This document shows, one piece after another, positions 63,609 through 64,000 of a stretch of 64,000 bases of DNA. Location: contig CAMBFR010000002.1 in NCBI GenBank assembly GCA_945865815.1, positions 30,308-94,307 on the forward strand. The letters are read 5' to 3'. Made by a program: the position numbers and the translations under genes. Source of the DNA: Candidatus Sulfopaludibacter sp. SbA3 (GTDB taxonomy: Bacteria > Acidobacteriota > Terriglobia > 20CM-2-55-15). Numbering within the stretch: position 1 is the stretch's first letter; each line of letters starts with the position of its first letter. Below the pieces are notes generated by a model. It was not told where the DNA came from and made no database searches. It saw only the letters and a program-made list of their open reading frames with translations.

Positions 63609-64000
63609 CTATTTGAGCGTCGGAAGGGGATTCTCCAATAGATCGGTTTCAAGTGCGCTGGCAACTGCCTTGTGGCCGTCTGCGGTCCAGTGAGCGTCAT
63701 TCCCGAAATAAAGAAAATTGGTGCAATCTGGACATCGCTGCTGTTTGTAATCCGTAAGCGCGGGCAGCAACTTTAACAGGGGAACGCCGACGGAATTCAA
63801 TTCCCTCTTAAGGAATTCTTCCAAACCGTGATCGTCAAAGAAGATTCCATCACGGAGGCTCAAAGCCTTCCTGCAAGCTGTGCATTCGTATGGATCGACA
63901 TCTATGCCAAGTGGGACATAGACCACCGTCAGTTCTATCCCTTTGGATCGCAGGTACGTTGAAAAGTCCATAATTGATTGAGTTGTGGTCCGCACACTCT
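63609..64000 (-). CDS. C-terminal fragment of a probable SGNH/GDSL-type hydrolase or acyl-esterase (N-terminus beyond window)
   Basis: FGNDAHWTADGHKAVASAL resembles the block V DxxH catalytic motif of SGNH hydrolases. The frame is probably open to the window edge. Confidence 0.35.
   Translation of the reverse strand, partial: SVRTTTQSIMDFSTYLRSKGIELTVVYVPLGIDVDPYECTACRKALSLRDGIFFDDHGLEEFLKRELNSVGVPLLKLLPALTDYKQQRCPDCTNFLYFGNDAHWTADGHKAVASALETDLLENPLPTLK

Noticed and set aside
1-64000. Mobile elements, CRISPR arrays, tRNA/rRNA, toxin-antitoxin or phage-defence systems
   Set aside because: No transposase, integrase or Cas motifs in any frame. No direct repeat arrays noticed. No tRNA-like cloverleaf regions identified by eye. 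The window appears to be a single biosynthetic island.

Overview
The window is a high-GC (about 60%) bacterial chromosomal segment that is almost entirely a very large glycan / nucleotide-sugar biosynthesis island. No rRNA, tRNA, CRISPR array, transposase or integrase was recognisable.

Gene layout:
- 1..1797 (-): an NAD-dependent epimerase (partial at the window edge) and an aldo/keto reductase.
- 2083..5489 (+): a B12-binding radical SAM enzyme, a PhyH-family dioxygenase and an SDR oxidoreductase.
- 5550..12466 (-): a second B12-binding radical SAM, a NeuB-like synthase, a DegT aminotransferase, a HAD-phosphatase/cytidylyltransferase fusion and a SPASM-type radical SAM.
- 12918..14945 (+): a third B12-binding radical SAM with a TTG start.
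- 14933..64000 (-): about 49 kb of co-directional genes. Most neighbours overlap by 1-8 nt (ATGA or GTGA stop/start overlaps), which suggests translational coupling.

Recognisable modules:
1. Four cobalamin-dependent radical SAM enzymes plus one SPASM radical SAM.
2. A polyprenyl-phosphate glycosylation module: two GT2 enzymes, a DUF2304 protein and a large polytopic membrane protein.
3. A CDP-3,6-dideoxyhexose block (RfbF, two SDR-family NAD-dependent enzymes, RfbH) plus a nucleotide-sugar dehydrogenase.
4. A legionaminic/neuraminic-like nonulosonic acid pathway: a CBS-nucleotidyltransferase, a dehydratase, an aminotransferase, NeuC, NeuB and NeuA, with a WbuX/HisH/HisF-type acetamidino-forming trio.
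5. A second NeuB-like ulosonic-acid route.
6. An unusual sedoheptulose-7-phosphate-type sub-cluster: a DHQS-like cyclase, two GmhA-like SIS isomerases, a transaldolase/FSA, an HpcH aldolase, five Gfo/Idh/MocA oxidoreductases and a cytidylyltransferase-cupin fusion.
7. Three large unassigned proteins with HP motifs typical of GT-B CMP-sugar transferases.

No Wzx/Wzy/ABC exporter or priming phosphoglycosyltransferase is present, so the locus probably continues beyond both edges.

The most unusual aspect is the density of B12-radical-SAM and sugar-phosphate-cyclase chemistry inside a nonulosonic-acid glycan locus. This suggests a heavily C-modified, possibly carbocycle-containing, surface glycan. 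All assignments come from reading the translated ORFs for motifs; no database search was possible.
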